DNA of 51,612 nucleotides from an uncultured Bifidobacterium sp. (GCA_964416695.1 CAYQFG010000001.1:1-51612), one strand, 5' to 3'; positions 9,212 through 20,295 are shown, counted from the first letter of the stretch. Notes: generated by a model from the letters alone, not told the origin. Made by a program: numbers and translations.

Positions 9212-9391
9212 GATGCGGCTGTTCGGGACAACGGTCGTGGAAAGGAACGGGATAACGGGAAAGCGGTGTTGCGAAGATACAACTCCATGCCCGCAATGTC
9301 GTCCGCCCAGGGGGCCGCACGCGCAAAAAACGTTCATCGGTGCCTGTGCCCTCCTCGGGCCTCGTGGGCACTTAAACCAGGCGAGGGCATG

Positions 9392-9423
9392 AAAAAAGGC
9401 GTGCCGCAGTGCGACACGCCTTT
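9392..9423 (-). terminator. Intrinsic terminator downstream of the 9500..11782 gene
   Basis: The minus strand reads AGGCGTG-loop-CACGCCT followed by TTTTTT. Confidence 0.6.
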
Positions 9424-9499
9424 GACTTTCGCCTGGTCCCCCGCGGTCCCGCTCCGCAGAGCGGGATGCCCCGGGGTTCCAACCTGTGAGGTTCAGACC

Positions 9500-11782
9500 T
9501 TACGGCAGGGTGGACTTCTGCACGAAGTTGGTGGCGGTGGCGCCGGCCTTCGTGGACACGCGGACGATGTACACGCCCGGCGCGGCGGAGTGGCCGGCCG
9601 CGGTACGACCGTTCCAGGTCAGGGTGCGGGTGCCGTCCTTGGCCGGGTGGGCGCTTTGCGACCACACCGTGCGGCCCCACGTGTCGACGATCGACAGCGT
9701 GAAGGACTCGGTGCTCTTGATGGCGTCTTCCGTCAGCACGAAGGTGAACGGACGGGCCGCACCGGTCTGCTGGATCGTGAAGGAGCCGGGCAGGAGGCCG
9801 ACCGGAGTGAGGGGAGCACTGGGCTGCGAAGCCGTGCCGCTCCCGGCGATGTTGGTTCCGACCACCGTGAAGGTGTAGGCCGTGCCGTAGGTCAGGCCCG
9901 CGTTGATGGTGCAGGTCAGGCCGCCGAACGCGGTGCACATGCCGCCGCCGGGGTTGCTGGTGACGGTATAGCTGAAGATTTCACCGCCGCCCGTGCTGGT
10001 GGGCGCGGTCCAGCTCACGCGGACGGACGGCGCCGTGCCGGCTCCGGAGGCGAGCACGGCGTTCACGCCGGTCGGCGCGCCGGGGACGCCGACGGGAGTC
10101 ACGGGCAACGACGGGGTGGACGCCGCACCGGTGCCGGCGCCGTTGGTGGCCGTGACGGTGAACGTGTAGGCGGTGCCGTTGGTCAAGCCCGTGATGGTGC
10201 AGGTCAGAGGACCGGACGTCCACGAGCACTCCTTGGTGCCGTCCTGCACGGACTTGACGGTGTAACCGGTGATGGGGCCGGTTCCGGTGGTCAGCGGCGC
10301 GGTCCACGTGAGGATGGCCTGGCCGTTGCCGCCGACGGCGGTGATGCTGGCCGGAGCGCCGGGGACCTGACCGGCGACGACGGAGATGGTCACGCTGTCG
10401 GTGGCGGTGGTGCCCCCCTGCAGGTTCGCCGTCACGATGTACTTCTGGGGGGCGGCGAGCGCTGTGGGCGTTCCCGTGAACGCACCCGTGCTGGTGTTGA
10501 AATTCAGGCCGGCGGGCAGCGTGGTCGGGTTGATCGAGAACGAGGTGGCGGTTCCGGTCACGACGGGCTTGTTGGTGTCGATGGCGACATTGCGCGCGTA
10601 GGCCGCGACGGATACCGGGTAGAACAGCGGAGCCTCACCCAGGCTTTGGGTCGCGCCCAGGGTCAGGGCGGTGGCGCCGGGCTTCGAGGTTTCGTACTCG
10701 AGCTTGATCCAGTTGCTGTTGCGGGCCACGTGCTGGGCGCGCACTTCGGCGATGGCGCCGTTCCAGAAGCGGTCTTCGCCTTCGGCCATGCGGCCGATGG
10801 CCACGGAGGTGTTGGTCGGCTGGCTGGCACCCGAAGCGGGAGCGTCCGCCGAGCCGGTGAGCACGCCGTTGACATAGATGGACATCACATTGGGGGTCTG
10901 CGAGCGGACGCCGACGATGTGCGTCCACTGCCCGGGCACGGCATGCTCGGACGACTGCGCTTCAGGCCAGCTGCCGCTGTTGCCGTAGAAGAACAGCCAG
11001 GGACCGGCCGCGTTGGTGTTGGCGCGCAGGGTCCACAGGTTGTCGTGCTTGGAGACGATGGTGGGGTAGGGCGTGTGTTCCACGGAGGTGGGACGCACCC
11101 ACGCCGAGATGGTGTAGTTCGTGGTGTTGAGGTAGTTGGCGCGGGCGGGGTTGTTGGTCACGAAGCCCTGACCGGTGGAGCCGTCCGACACCAGGTTCCG
11201 GTAGTAACCGACGCCACCTTCATCCGCACTGGCGGCATGGGAGCCGGAGTTGTTGAACTGGGTGGCGGTGAGTCCGCCGCCGGTCGCATCCTGCTCGTCG
11301 ACCAGACCGCCTTCGCCGGCACCGTTCATGTGCCAGACGGCGGTGAAACCCTTGGTGGTGTCGAACACGGCCGGGCCGTTCGACTCGCTGCTGGCGGCGT
11401 TGTTGCCCCAGTACATGCGGATCACGGTGTTGCCGTTCGCCGCCACGGTGGGCACGCGCACCCAGACGTCGGCACCGCTCGCCGTCCAGCGTTCGATCTC
11501 ATAGGACAGCGCCGTCTCGCCGTCTTCGGTGGTGAAGCGGATATCCGCACCACCGGCCTTGGCTTCGGCCAGGGCGTTGGCACCGGTGTTGATGTCGGCA
11601 TTCGTCAGACGAACCAGTACGGGGAAGTCGGTCACGGCGCCATTGACGTCGGCACCGCCGTTCGTGGCCGTGGTGTTGATCGTGATCGTCCGGTACTTGT
11701 TCCATTCGTCGTAAAGCGAGGCCGCGTGGCCGGCTGCGGCGAGCATCAGGGACAGGGTGGCACTGGCGGTTAGGATTCTCAT
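9500..11782 (-). CDS. Large secreted protein: DUF2341-like N-terminus, LamG/concanavalin-like region, Ig-like domain, three fibronectin-III repeats and a T9SS-type C-terminal sorting domain
   Basis: Signal peptide MRILTASATLSLMLAAAGHA. DUF2341-like block YRTITINTT...DFPVLVRL...DIRFTTEDG...YEIERW...VWVRVP...IRMYWGN. Three repeats of the form PGAP..I(T/N)AV...W(T)AP..TGG..I..Y(T)V. The C-terminal tail is LTWNGRTAAGHSAAPGVYIVRVS. Confidence 0.8.
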   Translation of the reverse strand: MRILTASATLSLMLAAAGHAASLYDEWNKYRTITINTTATNGGADVNGAVTDFPVLVRLTNADINTGANALAEAKAGGADIRFTTEDGETALSYEIERWTASGADVWVRVPTVAANGNTVIRMYWGNNAASSESNGPAVFDTTKGFTAVWHMNGAGEGGLVDEQDATGGGLTATQFNNSGSHAASADEGGVGYYRNLVSDGSTGQGFVTNNPARANYLNTTNYTISAWVRPTSVEHTPYPTIVSKHDNLWTLRANTNAAGPWLFFYGNSGSWPEAQSSEHAVPGQWTHIVGVRSQTPNVMSIYVNGVLTGSADAPASGASQPTNTSVAIGRMAEGEDRFWNGAIAEVRAQHVARNSNWIKLEYETSKPGATALTLGATQSLGEAPLFYPVSVAAYARNVAIDTNKPVVTGTATSFSINPTTLPAGLNFNTSTGAFTGTPTALAAPQKYIVTANLQGGTTATDSVTISVVAGQVPGAPASITAVGGNGQAILTWTAPLTTGTGPITGYTVKSVQDGTKECSWTSGPLTCTITGLTNGTAYTFTVTATNGAGTGAASTPSLPVTPVGVPGAPTGVNAVLASGAGTAPSVRVSWTAPTSTGGGEIFSYTVTSNPGGGMCTAFGGLTCTINAGLTYGTAYTFTVVGTNIAGSGTASQPSAPLTPVGLLPGSFTIQQTGAARPFTFVLTEDAIKSTESFTLSIVDTWGRTVWSQSAHPAKDGTRTLTWNGRTAAGHSAAPGVYIVRVSTKAGATATNFVQKSTLP

Positions 11783-12125
11783 GCAGTCTCTCCAGGTGAT
11801 GGGGCAATCGTGGTCGGCCGCGACGGCGGCGACGTCCGATCAGTCCCTCCTAATGTATCCTGCATGGGGCTTTCATGCGATTCCTTTTTGCGGGCAAAGC
11901 GTGTTTTGTGCGTCCTGAAGGCCGGGTTTCCGATCTCGGGGGTGATTGAATGCTGTAATAGGCGTACGATCACGGCTTGTAGGTGTCGTAGTTGCCCCCC
12001 GGTGGTGCGGAAGCCCGGCGCGGCGCGGGCGGACGGACGTGCCGTGAGAGGGGGGGAATCCCTTCGGGTTTGGCGCAAGGGATTTTCAAGGACCCGGTGG
12101 CCGGCGATCGCTTGCGCGCTGGTCA

Positions 12126-12152
12126 ACAAAAAAGCCGCCCTTGCGGGCGACC
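12126..12152 (-). terminator. Intrinsic terminator of thiC
   Basis: The minus strand reads GTCGCCC-GCAA-GGGCGGC followed by TTTTTT, 27 nt after the thiC stop. Confidence 0.75.
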
Positions 12153-12178
12153 CTTTCGTGCGGTTCCGACGCAGGGCG

Positions 12179-14250
<2,072 letters not shown>

Positions 14251-14422
14251 GTCTCCGCAAAGGTACATCACTGCAGGACCGTGCGCCGGGATCCGCGGCG
14301 TCTGTCCACGGGGGCCGGCATCCGGAGACACCCGGGATGGCCCGCGGATCCCTTCCCGGGAAGCGTTTCCTTTCGGTCGTTGCTTCCCTTCGCTCCCTCC
14401 CCTGGTTTCTCGGGATCGGTCC

Positions 14423-14470
14423 TCCAACAAGGGTTCCAAGAAGGGCTTCAACAAGGGCTTCAACAAGGGC
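14423..14470. repeat. 12-bp tandem repeat x4 upstream of tRNA-Ala
   Basis: tccaacaagggt tccaagaagggc ttcaacaagggc ttcaacaagggc. Confidence 0.85.
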
Positions 14471-14514
14471 CTTGGCAAAATGTCCGCCATTTGTTTCCTT
14501 TACGCACCGCTTTT

Positions 14515-14590
14515 GGGGATATAGCTCAGTTGGTAGAGCGCTTCGTTCGCAATGAAGAGGTCAGGAGTTCGACTCTCCTTATCTCCACCA
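14515..14590 (+). tRNA. tRNA-Ala (anticodon CGC), CCA encoded
   Basis: A manual cloverleaf fold works. The acceptor stem is GGGGATA/TATCTCC with the Ala identity pair G3:U70. The D arm is GCTC-AGTTGGTA-GAGC. The anticodon stem CTTCG/TGAAG carries loop TTCGCAA. The T arm is AGGAG-TTCGACT-CTCCT, and the 3' end is ACCA. Confidence 0.93.
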
Positions 14591-14631
14591 AAAGAGACTG
14601 GCAGCAACACACACGCTGACGGTCCGCTGTT

Positions 14632-14666
14632 GAAGGGGTGGCCTGAGGCCACCCCTTCTTTATTTC
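14632..14666 (+). terminator. Intrinsic terminator after tRNA-Ala
   Basis: GAAGGGGTGGCC-TGA-GGCCACCCCTTC followed by TTTATTT. Confidence 0.75.
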
Positions 14667-14900
14667 CCTCCTTTTTCCCTCCTCTTTTCGCCGTTTTCCT
14701 TCTCGGCGCCGGCTGTTGCGGCTGCTGTCTCCCTCTTCCGCGCGGCGGGGCCACCCCCCGCCGGCGCCGCCCGCCCGCCTTTCCCGGGAGAGGATTCCCG
14801 ACCTCCAGCCTTCCTCCGGGCCGCAGGCCCCTCCACCCCCCAACCTCCTTCCCGCGGCTTTCACAGTCATCCGTCCCGTCTCCCTGTTATCTTTCCGGTC

Positions 14901-15401
14901 ATGGAAACCTCTTCTTGTCCGCTCGTGACGCCGCTGGTGGAATTCCAGCTGGGTCTGCTGGAGGCGACGCGTCGCCGGGCGCTCGCCATCGCCGGGAGCC
15001 TGACGCCCGAACAGCTGCAGACGGTTCCCCGTGGATTCCACAACAACATCCTGTGGAACCTCGGGCATCTGGTGGTGTCCCAGCAGGTGTTGTGTTACGT
15101 CAAAAGCGGGCTGGCACCACGCGCCCCGTCGTATCTGCTGCCGTTGTTCGGCAAGGGGACGAGCCCGGCGCAGTGGGCCGCGACCTCGGTGGCGATCGAT
15201 CCCGTCGAGGTGCAGACCTGGCTGATGGACACCGTGAGCCTTCTGCGGACGGATCTGGAGCAACACGCTTTCAAAACGTATGAGCCCTATGAAACCTCGT
15301 CGGGGATGCGCCTGACCAACATCGGAGAAGCCCTGAGCTACGTGCTCTGGCACGAAGCGCAACATCTGGGCATCATCCTGGCGCTCCGCAAGCTCGTCTG
15401 A
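14901..15401 (+). CDS. DinB/YfiT-like metal-dependent hydrolase family protein
   Basis: 166 aa. Histidine positions match the DinB four-helix-bundle family (NILWNLGHLVV, LWHEAQHLGI). Confidence 0.7.
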   Translation: METSSCPLVTPLVEFQLGLLEATRRRALAIAGSLTPEQLQTVPRGFHNNILWNLGHLVVSQQVLCYVKSGLAPRAPSYLLPLFGKGTSPAQWAATSVAIDPVEVQTWLMDTVSLLRTDLEQHAFKTYEPYETSSGMRLTNIGEALSYVLWHEAQHLGIILALRKLV

Positions 15402-15444
15402 TTTTCGCCTCCACACACGGAACCCCGGGGAACACCAGCAGGCC

Positions 15445-18312
15445 GTGAACAAGTCGCTCAAGCTTTTGGCCGTCGCGATCCTGCACCTCGCGTTGTTGTG
15501 GGGCTGGATCGCCGCGCTTGACGCCAAACGCGGACCCTTGCCGCCGCTGGGGCGGTTCCTCAGCCCGTTCGAGGGGTTCTGGCGGAATGCCGACCCCGTG
15601 GACCCCCTGCCGGACCTGTTCCCCTTCTGGTCCGCGCGCACGGCGTCGTCCACACGCGGTCGGGAAGTGGTTCTGGAGGGGTTGACCGCCACCGTGGTGG
15701 CGGAGTACGATCAACGGGGCGTTCCCCACCTGTTTGCGCCTGACTTGCACACCCTGTTCTTTGCCCAAGGGTATGTCACCGCGCGCGACCGGTTGTGGCA
15801 AATGGACATCCAGAGCCGTGCGGGCATGGGCCGCCTGTCCGAAATCCTGGGGCCGTCCCTGATCCGTTTCGACCAGGAGAGGCGCCGGCTGGGCATGCCG
15901 GCCTCGGCCCGCGCCTCCCTGGACCTGATGCGCCGCGATTCGCTGACGCGGGTGGCGCTGGAAGGGTATGCCGAAGGTGTGAATGCCTTCATAAGCACTT
16001 TGAACAAAGCGACTTATCCGCTTGAATTCAAACTTCTTGGATACGCTCCGGAACCGTGGTCGGCCCTGAAAAGCGTGGTGTTGCTCAAGAACATGCAATG
16101 GGTGCTCACGCGCGACCGCGAGGATGTTCCCCTTGCCCGCGTGGCCGATTCGCTGGGAGCGGGGTTCTTTGCGCGCTATTACCCGGTGCGTCATCCCGGC
16201 GCTGAACCGGTGTTCCCCGACGAGGTGCTGCCGGCCGCCGCATCGGGGGACGGAGCCCGCACCGAAGCGGCACCCTCGCGGAGCCCCGCGACGTCGGCCC
16301 GTTCAGGACATCCCGATGCCGAAGGGGTCCGCGGAACGCCGCCAGGACGGGAAGGGTCAGGGGGGGGAGCCGCGCCTCCGGCGCGGGGCGGGAGCGCGAC
16401 CTCCGTCGCGCGGAAAACGCACGCGATCCCGGACTATCCCGGGTTGCTGGCCGCGCGCCCGGATCCGGCGTCGGGATCCAACAATTTCGTCATCGCCGGC
16501 ACGCGGACCCGGGCGCGCTCGCCCCTCCTGGCCAACGATCCGCATCTCGACCTGACGCTTCCGTCATTGTGGTATGAAATCCAGTTAAAGTCCGGAGACA
16601 TCAATGCTTACGGTGTCAGTCTCCCGGGCCTCCCCGGCGTGGCCATCGGCTTCACCCGGTCGACGGCGTGGGGGTTCACCAACGGCATGAACGACGTGTT
16701 CGACTGGCATGAACTCCGGTTCCGCAATGATTCGCTGAATCAGTACCTGTGGCGCGGCCGCTGGCGCGACACCCGCCGGGTGATCGACACGATCCTGGTC
16801 CGCGGCCGGGAGGCGGTGGTGGATACGCAGCTGTGGACGCACGCCGGTCCGGTTCCCGTATACGGCCCTCCGCAAGGCGAGGGAACGCGGATGTTCGGGG
16901 ACGAGGTGCCTCCCCGGCACGCCCTGCAATGGACGGCCTTGCATCCGTCCAATGAACTGGGAGCCTTCCTGCGCTTGCTGACGGCCGCAAACGTCCCGGG
17001 CTTTCGGCGCGCCTTGCAGTCGCTGGAGACGCCGGCCCTCAACGTGGCCTTCGCCACCCGCCAGGACATCGCCTTGATGCATCAGGGGCGCATGCCGGTC
17101 AAGCGGACGGGACAGGGGAGGATGCCCGCGCGCGGCAACAACGTCTCCTCCACGGAGTGGCGGTTTTATCTGCCGGCCTCCGCGTTGCCGGCCGCGGTGA
17201 ATCCCGCGCGCGGGTGGCTGGCGTCGGCCAACCAGGAACTGACCGGCGCGGACGACCCGCGCTATTTCGGCGCGGGGTTTTATCCTCCGGAACGCGCGCA
17301 ACGTCTTCACCGCCTGCTGGTGAACGAACACGAGGCGACCCTGTCGTCGGCGTGGGACGTCATGCGCGATGACTACAGCCGTCTGGCCGCGCGCGCGCTG
17401 CCGCGTCTTCTGCGCTTCTTGCCCGAAGCGCGCGACACTCTCGAAGACGCGGTCGTCATTCCCGCGGAGACAGGCAGGGAAGGCACCGTGGAGACGAAGG
17501 AGACGAAGGAGACGAAAGAGACGAAGGACGGGAAGAGGGAGCCGGCGGGCCTGGCGGCCGCCACGCCGGAGGCCGCCGCGCCCCCTGATACGGTCCGCGC
17601 CGCGCGCGCGCGCCGGGCGATCGACCTGCTGCGCGCGTGGGACTACCGGCATGACCCGGCGGCGACGGCGCCTCCGCTGTTTGTGGAATGGTGGACGCGT
17701 TTTCACGAGTTGACGTGGCGGGATGAACTGCGCGGCGCGCTCGAAGCGGACGGCGCGCGGGACTCGCTGGGCGCGGGCGGCGGCGGGAGCGCCATGGCCT
17801 CCCTGATGCCCTCGCGCTCGATGACGCTGGCGCTGCTGCTCGCCGATTCGCTGGCGGCGCCGTTCGACGACGTGGGCACGCCCGCCCGCGAAACCGCGGG
17901 GACGCTCGCCCGCCAGGCGTTCGCCGCCGCGCTCGACGCGCTGGAGGCCCGCGCGCCGCGCGGCGAGGAGTGGATCCGCTGGGGCCGCTACCGCCCGGTG
18001 TCCATCCCGCACTTGTTGCGCCTGGGCCCGCTGGGGGTCACCGGGCTCGAGGCTGGTGGCTGCGGGGAATGCGTCAACGCCCAAAAGGAAAGCCACGGGC
18101 CGTCGTGGCGCATGGCGGTGCAAACCGGCAAGCGCCCGGAGGCCTGGGGAATCTATCCCGGGGGCCAAAGCGGCAATCCCGGCTCGCCGCAGTACGACGC
18201 CTTCGTCAAGGACTGGGCCGAAGGGCGCGCGTACCGGTTGCTGTTTCTGAGATGGCCGCTGGAAATGCCCGATTCCACGGCTTACATCCTCGCGCTCAAG
18301 GCCAAGCGCTGA
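15445..18312 (+). CDS. Penicillin/AHL acylase family (Ntn-hydrolase, peptidase S45) protein
   Basis: GTG start and an N-terminal signal/anchor. The autoprocessing-site motif GSNNFVIAG is followed by LLANDPHL. There is a low-complexity spacer before the catalytic Ser and an ETKETKETKETK insert (9-bp repeat x4 at 17491-17526). Confidence 0.88.
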   Translation: MNKSLKLLAVAILHLALLWGWIAALDAKRGPLPPLGRFLSPFEGFWRNADPVDPLPDLFPFWSARTASSTRGREVVLEGLTATVVAEYDQRGVPHLFAPDLHTLFFAQGYVTARDRLWQMDIQSRAGMGRLSEILGPSLIRFDQERRRLGMPASARASLDLMRRDSLTRVALEGYAEGVNAFISTLNKATYPLEFKLLGYAPEPWSALKSVVLLKNMQWVLTRDREDVPLARVADSLGAGFFARYYPVRHPGAEPVFPDEVLPAAASGDGARTEAAPSRSPATSARSGHPDAEGVRGTPPGREGSGGGAAPPARGGSATSVARKTHAIPDYPGLLAARPDPASGSNNFVIAGTRTRARSPLLANDPHLDLTLPSLWYEIQLKSGDINAYGVSLPGLPGVAIGFTRSTAWGFTNGMNDVFDWHELRFRNDSLNQYLWRGRWRDTRRVIDTILVRGREAVVDTQLWTHAGPVPVYGPPQGEGTRMFGDEVPPRHALQWTALHPSNELGAFLRLLTAANVPGFRRALQSLETPALNVAFATRQDIALMHQGRMPVKRTGQGRMPARGNNVSSTEWRFYLPASALPAAVNPARGWLASANQELTGADDPRYFGAGFYPPERAQRLHRLLVNEHEATLSSAWDVMRDDYSRLAARALPRLLRFLPEARDTLEDAVVIPAETGREGTVETKETKETKETKDGKREPAGLAAATPEAAAPPDTVRAARARRAIDLLRAWDYRHDPAATAPPLFVEWWTRFHELTWRDELRGALEADGARDSLGAGGGGSAMASLMPSRSMTLALLLADSLAAPFDDVGTPARETAGTLARQAFAAALDALEARAPRGEEWIRWGRYRPVSIPHLLRLGPLGVTGLEAGGCGECVNAQKESHGPSWRMAVQTGKRPEAWGIYPGGQSGNPGSPQYDAFVKDWAEGRAYRLLFLRWPLEMPDSTAYILALKAKR

Positions 18313-18327
18313 CCCCGGAGGAAGCGT

Positions 18328-18783
18328 ATGATCCGTGTTTCCCTGCTTTTTGGCGCCACCTTGCTGGGCGGATGGGTGTTCGCCTGGTGGTGGCCCGCCG
18401 TGCCCGCGCTGTTGACCGGTTTCTGGAAGCCGTCCCGCCTCGTGCGCGGGTTCTTTGCCGCCGTGATCGGCAGCGGGCTGGCCTGGAGTCTCGCGGCGCT
18501 GTGGTTCGATGTCCGCAACGACGGGCTGCTCGCGGGACGGATCGCGCCTCTGTTTCATCTCCCGGGTGGCGCGGGCCTCATCGTGGCCACCGGTCTTGCA
18601 GGGGGGATGACCGCAGGCCTGGGCTCATTGTTCGGCGCACGCTTTCGCCGCTTCTGGAGCAGTCTGCACGAGGCGTTGGTCGAAGTGGCGTCTCCGGTTC
18701 CGGAAGAGGAAGCCGGTGGCCGCTTCGGCACCGGAAAGCGGGTGAAGGTTCGTCGGAGCGCGCGCGCCGAACAGGCGGAGTGA
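18328..18783 (+). CDS. Hypothetical membrane protein (151 aa)
   Basis: Starts 15 bp after the acylase stop. It has three to four hydrophobic segments (LLFGATLLGGWVFAWWW, FFAAVIGSGLAWSLAALWF, GLIVATGLAGGMTAGLGSLF). No family recognised. Confidence 0.55.
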   Translation: MIRVSLLFGATLLGGWVFAWWWPAVPALLTGFWKPSRLVRGFFAAVIGSGLAWSLAALWFDVRNDGLLAGRIAPLFHLPGGAGLIVATGLAGGMTAGLGSLFGARFRRFWSSLHEALVEVASPVPEEEAGGRFGTGKRVKVRRSARAEQAE

Positions 18784-18841
18784 CATCGCGTTTTCTTTCG
18801 CAAACCGCGGACAGACGGCTTCTTCCTGCTATCTTGCCATC

Positions 18842-19444
18842 ATGCTCCAGAAACAGACCGATGCGATCCGGAACGCTCTTCTCGCGTCGCGTGACACCCT
18901 CGCGGCCTTCATCGACGATCCCGCCAACCTCGAGACCATCGAGACCATGGCCGAAGCCCTCGCCACATGTTTTCGCGGCGGAAACAAAGTCCTTTCCTGC
19001 GGGAACGGTGGATCGGCCTGCGACGCCATTCATTTCGCCGAAGAGCTGACGGGGCGGTTCAAGAAAGATCGTCAGGCGTTACCGGTGATCTCCCTGCTTG
19101 AGGGGGCCAACATCACCTGCATCGCCAACGACTACGGCTTTGAGAGCATCTTCTCACGCGGGGTTGAGGCCTACGGAAAACCCGGCGACATCCTTCTGGC
19201 CATCTCGACCAGCGGCAATTCGGCCAATGTGATCAAGGCGGTTGAAACCGCCCGCGCACGGGGCCTGATCGTTCACCTGCTTCTGGGGAAGGACGGGGGA
19301 CGGTTGCGCGGGCGGGGCGACGCGCAGATCCACGTCCGGTCACAGGATACGGAGCGCGTCCAGGAAGTGCACATGGTGGTGTTGCATACGTTGATCGAAG
19401 CGCTGGAACGGAAACTGTTTCCGGAGAATTACGAGGGGACCTGA
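18842..19444 (+). CDS. gmhA: Phosphoheptose isomerase (SIS domain)
   Basis: Motifs VLSCGNGGSACDAIHFAEEL, IANDYGFE and LLAISTSGNS. Confidence 0.88.
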   Translation: MLQKQTDAIRNALLASRDTLAAFIDDPANLETIETMAEALATCFRGGNKVLSCGNGGSACDAIHFAEELTGRFKKDRQALPVISLLEGANITCIANDYGFESIFSRGVEAYGKPGDILLAISTSGNSANVIKAVETARARGLIVHLLLGKDGGRLRGRGDAQIHVRSQDTERVQEVHMVVLHTLIEALERKLFPENYEGT

Positions 19445-19479
19445 TTACGAGGGGACCTGATGGGACTTGATGGGACCTG
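19428..19479. repeat. Tandem duplication spanning the gmhA stop codon (16 bp x2, then 10 bp x2)
   Basis: attacgaggggacctg at 19428 and 19444, then atgggacttg and atgggacctg. The gmhA TGA is at 19442-19444. Confidence 0.9.
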
Positions 19480-19523
19480 AGGGCTGGCGGCCTGGACGGC
19501 CGCATCGGAATGTCCGCTGCACG

Positions 19524-19556
19524 AAAAAGCCCGGCTGTTGCAAGTCGGGCTTTTTG
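19524..19556. terminator. Bidirectional intrinsic terminator between gmhA and araD
   Basis: AAAAAGCCCGGC-TGTTGCAA-GTCGGGCTTTTT. The hairpin is flanked by an A-run and a T-run between convergent genes. Confidence 0.8.
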
Positions 19557-19596
19557 TTTTGATTCTCCGCTGTGGTCCGTACGGTCAACGGGTCCG

Positions 19597-20295
19597 TCAC
19601 CCGGCGGTCGCTTGTCCGTAGGTCGCGTTCGGCCCGTGCTTGCGCTGGTAATGCTCGTTGAGGATGTGCGCCGGAATGGTGCCCAGCGAAGGGTTCAGCG
19701 CGAGCGAGCGTTGGGCCATGTCGGCCACGTGTTCCAGCGCGACGGCGTTCTTGATGGCATCGCCGGCGTTTTTGCCCCACACGAACGGCGCGTGGTGCGC
19801 GACCAGCACGGCGGGCATGTCCACGGGGTTCAGGCCTTCAAAACGTTCGATGATCACCTTGCCGGTGTTCCCCTCATAATCCGCCGCGATCTCATCCGGC
19901 GTGAGGTTGCGTGTGAGGGGAATGGTCCCGAGGAAGTGGTCGGCGTGCGTCGTGCCGAAGCAGGGTATCTCGCGCATGGCCTGTGCGAAGGCGACGGCGG
20001 CGGTGCTGTGCGTATGCACGATGCCGCCGATCGCGGGAAAGGCCCGGTACAACATCACGTGGGTGATGGTGTCGACGGAAGGGCGCAGCGCTCCTTCGAT
20101 CTTCCGGTTGTCGAGGTCGACGACCACCATGTCCTCAGCCGTGAGTTTCGAGTAGGCGACACCGCTGGGTTTGATCACCACGAGGCCGCGCGCGCGGTCG
20201 ATGCCGCTGACATTGCCCCACGTCAACGCCGCAAGCGCATGACGCTCGATGTTCCTGTTGGCTTCGGCGACTTCGCGTTTGAGGTCTTCGAGCAT
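19597..20295 (-). CDS. araD: L-ribulose-5-phosphate 4-epimerase
   Basis: Class II aldolase/adducin fold. Contains TWGNVSGIDRARGLVVIKPSGVAYSKL and HTHSTAAVAFAQA. Confidence 0.9.
   Translation of the reverse strand: MLEDLKREVAEANRNIERHALAALTWGNVSGIDRARGLVVIKPSGVAYSKLTAEDMVVVDLDNRKIEGALRPSVDTITHVMLYRAFPAIGGIVHTHSTAAVAFAQAMREIPCFGTTHADHFLGTIPLTRNLTPDEIAADYEGNTGKVIIERFEGLNPVDMPAVLVAHHAPFVWGKNAGDAIKNAVALEHVADMAQRSLALNPSLGTIPAHILNEHYQRKHGPNATYGQATAG

Noticed and set aside
9149-11773. 874-aa plus-strand ORF
   Set aside because: It is antisense to the well-supported DUF2341/LamG/Fn3 gene. The product is Gly/Arg/Ala/Val-rich low-complexity sequence typical of shadow frames in GC-rich DNA.
14515-15445. 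tRNA-Ala as an integration site for a genomic island
   Set aside because: There is no integrase downstream. I did not see a direct repeat of the tRNA 3' end. The neighbouring DinB-like and acylase genes have the same composition as the rest of the window.
16585-18558. 657-aa minus-strand ORF
   Set aside because: It is antisense to the penicillin-acylase-family gene, and its product is Arg/Gly/Pro-rich.
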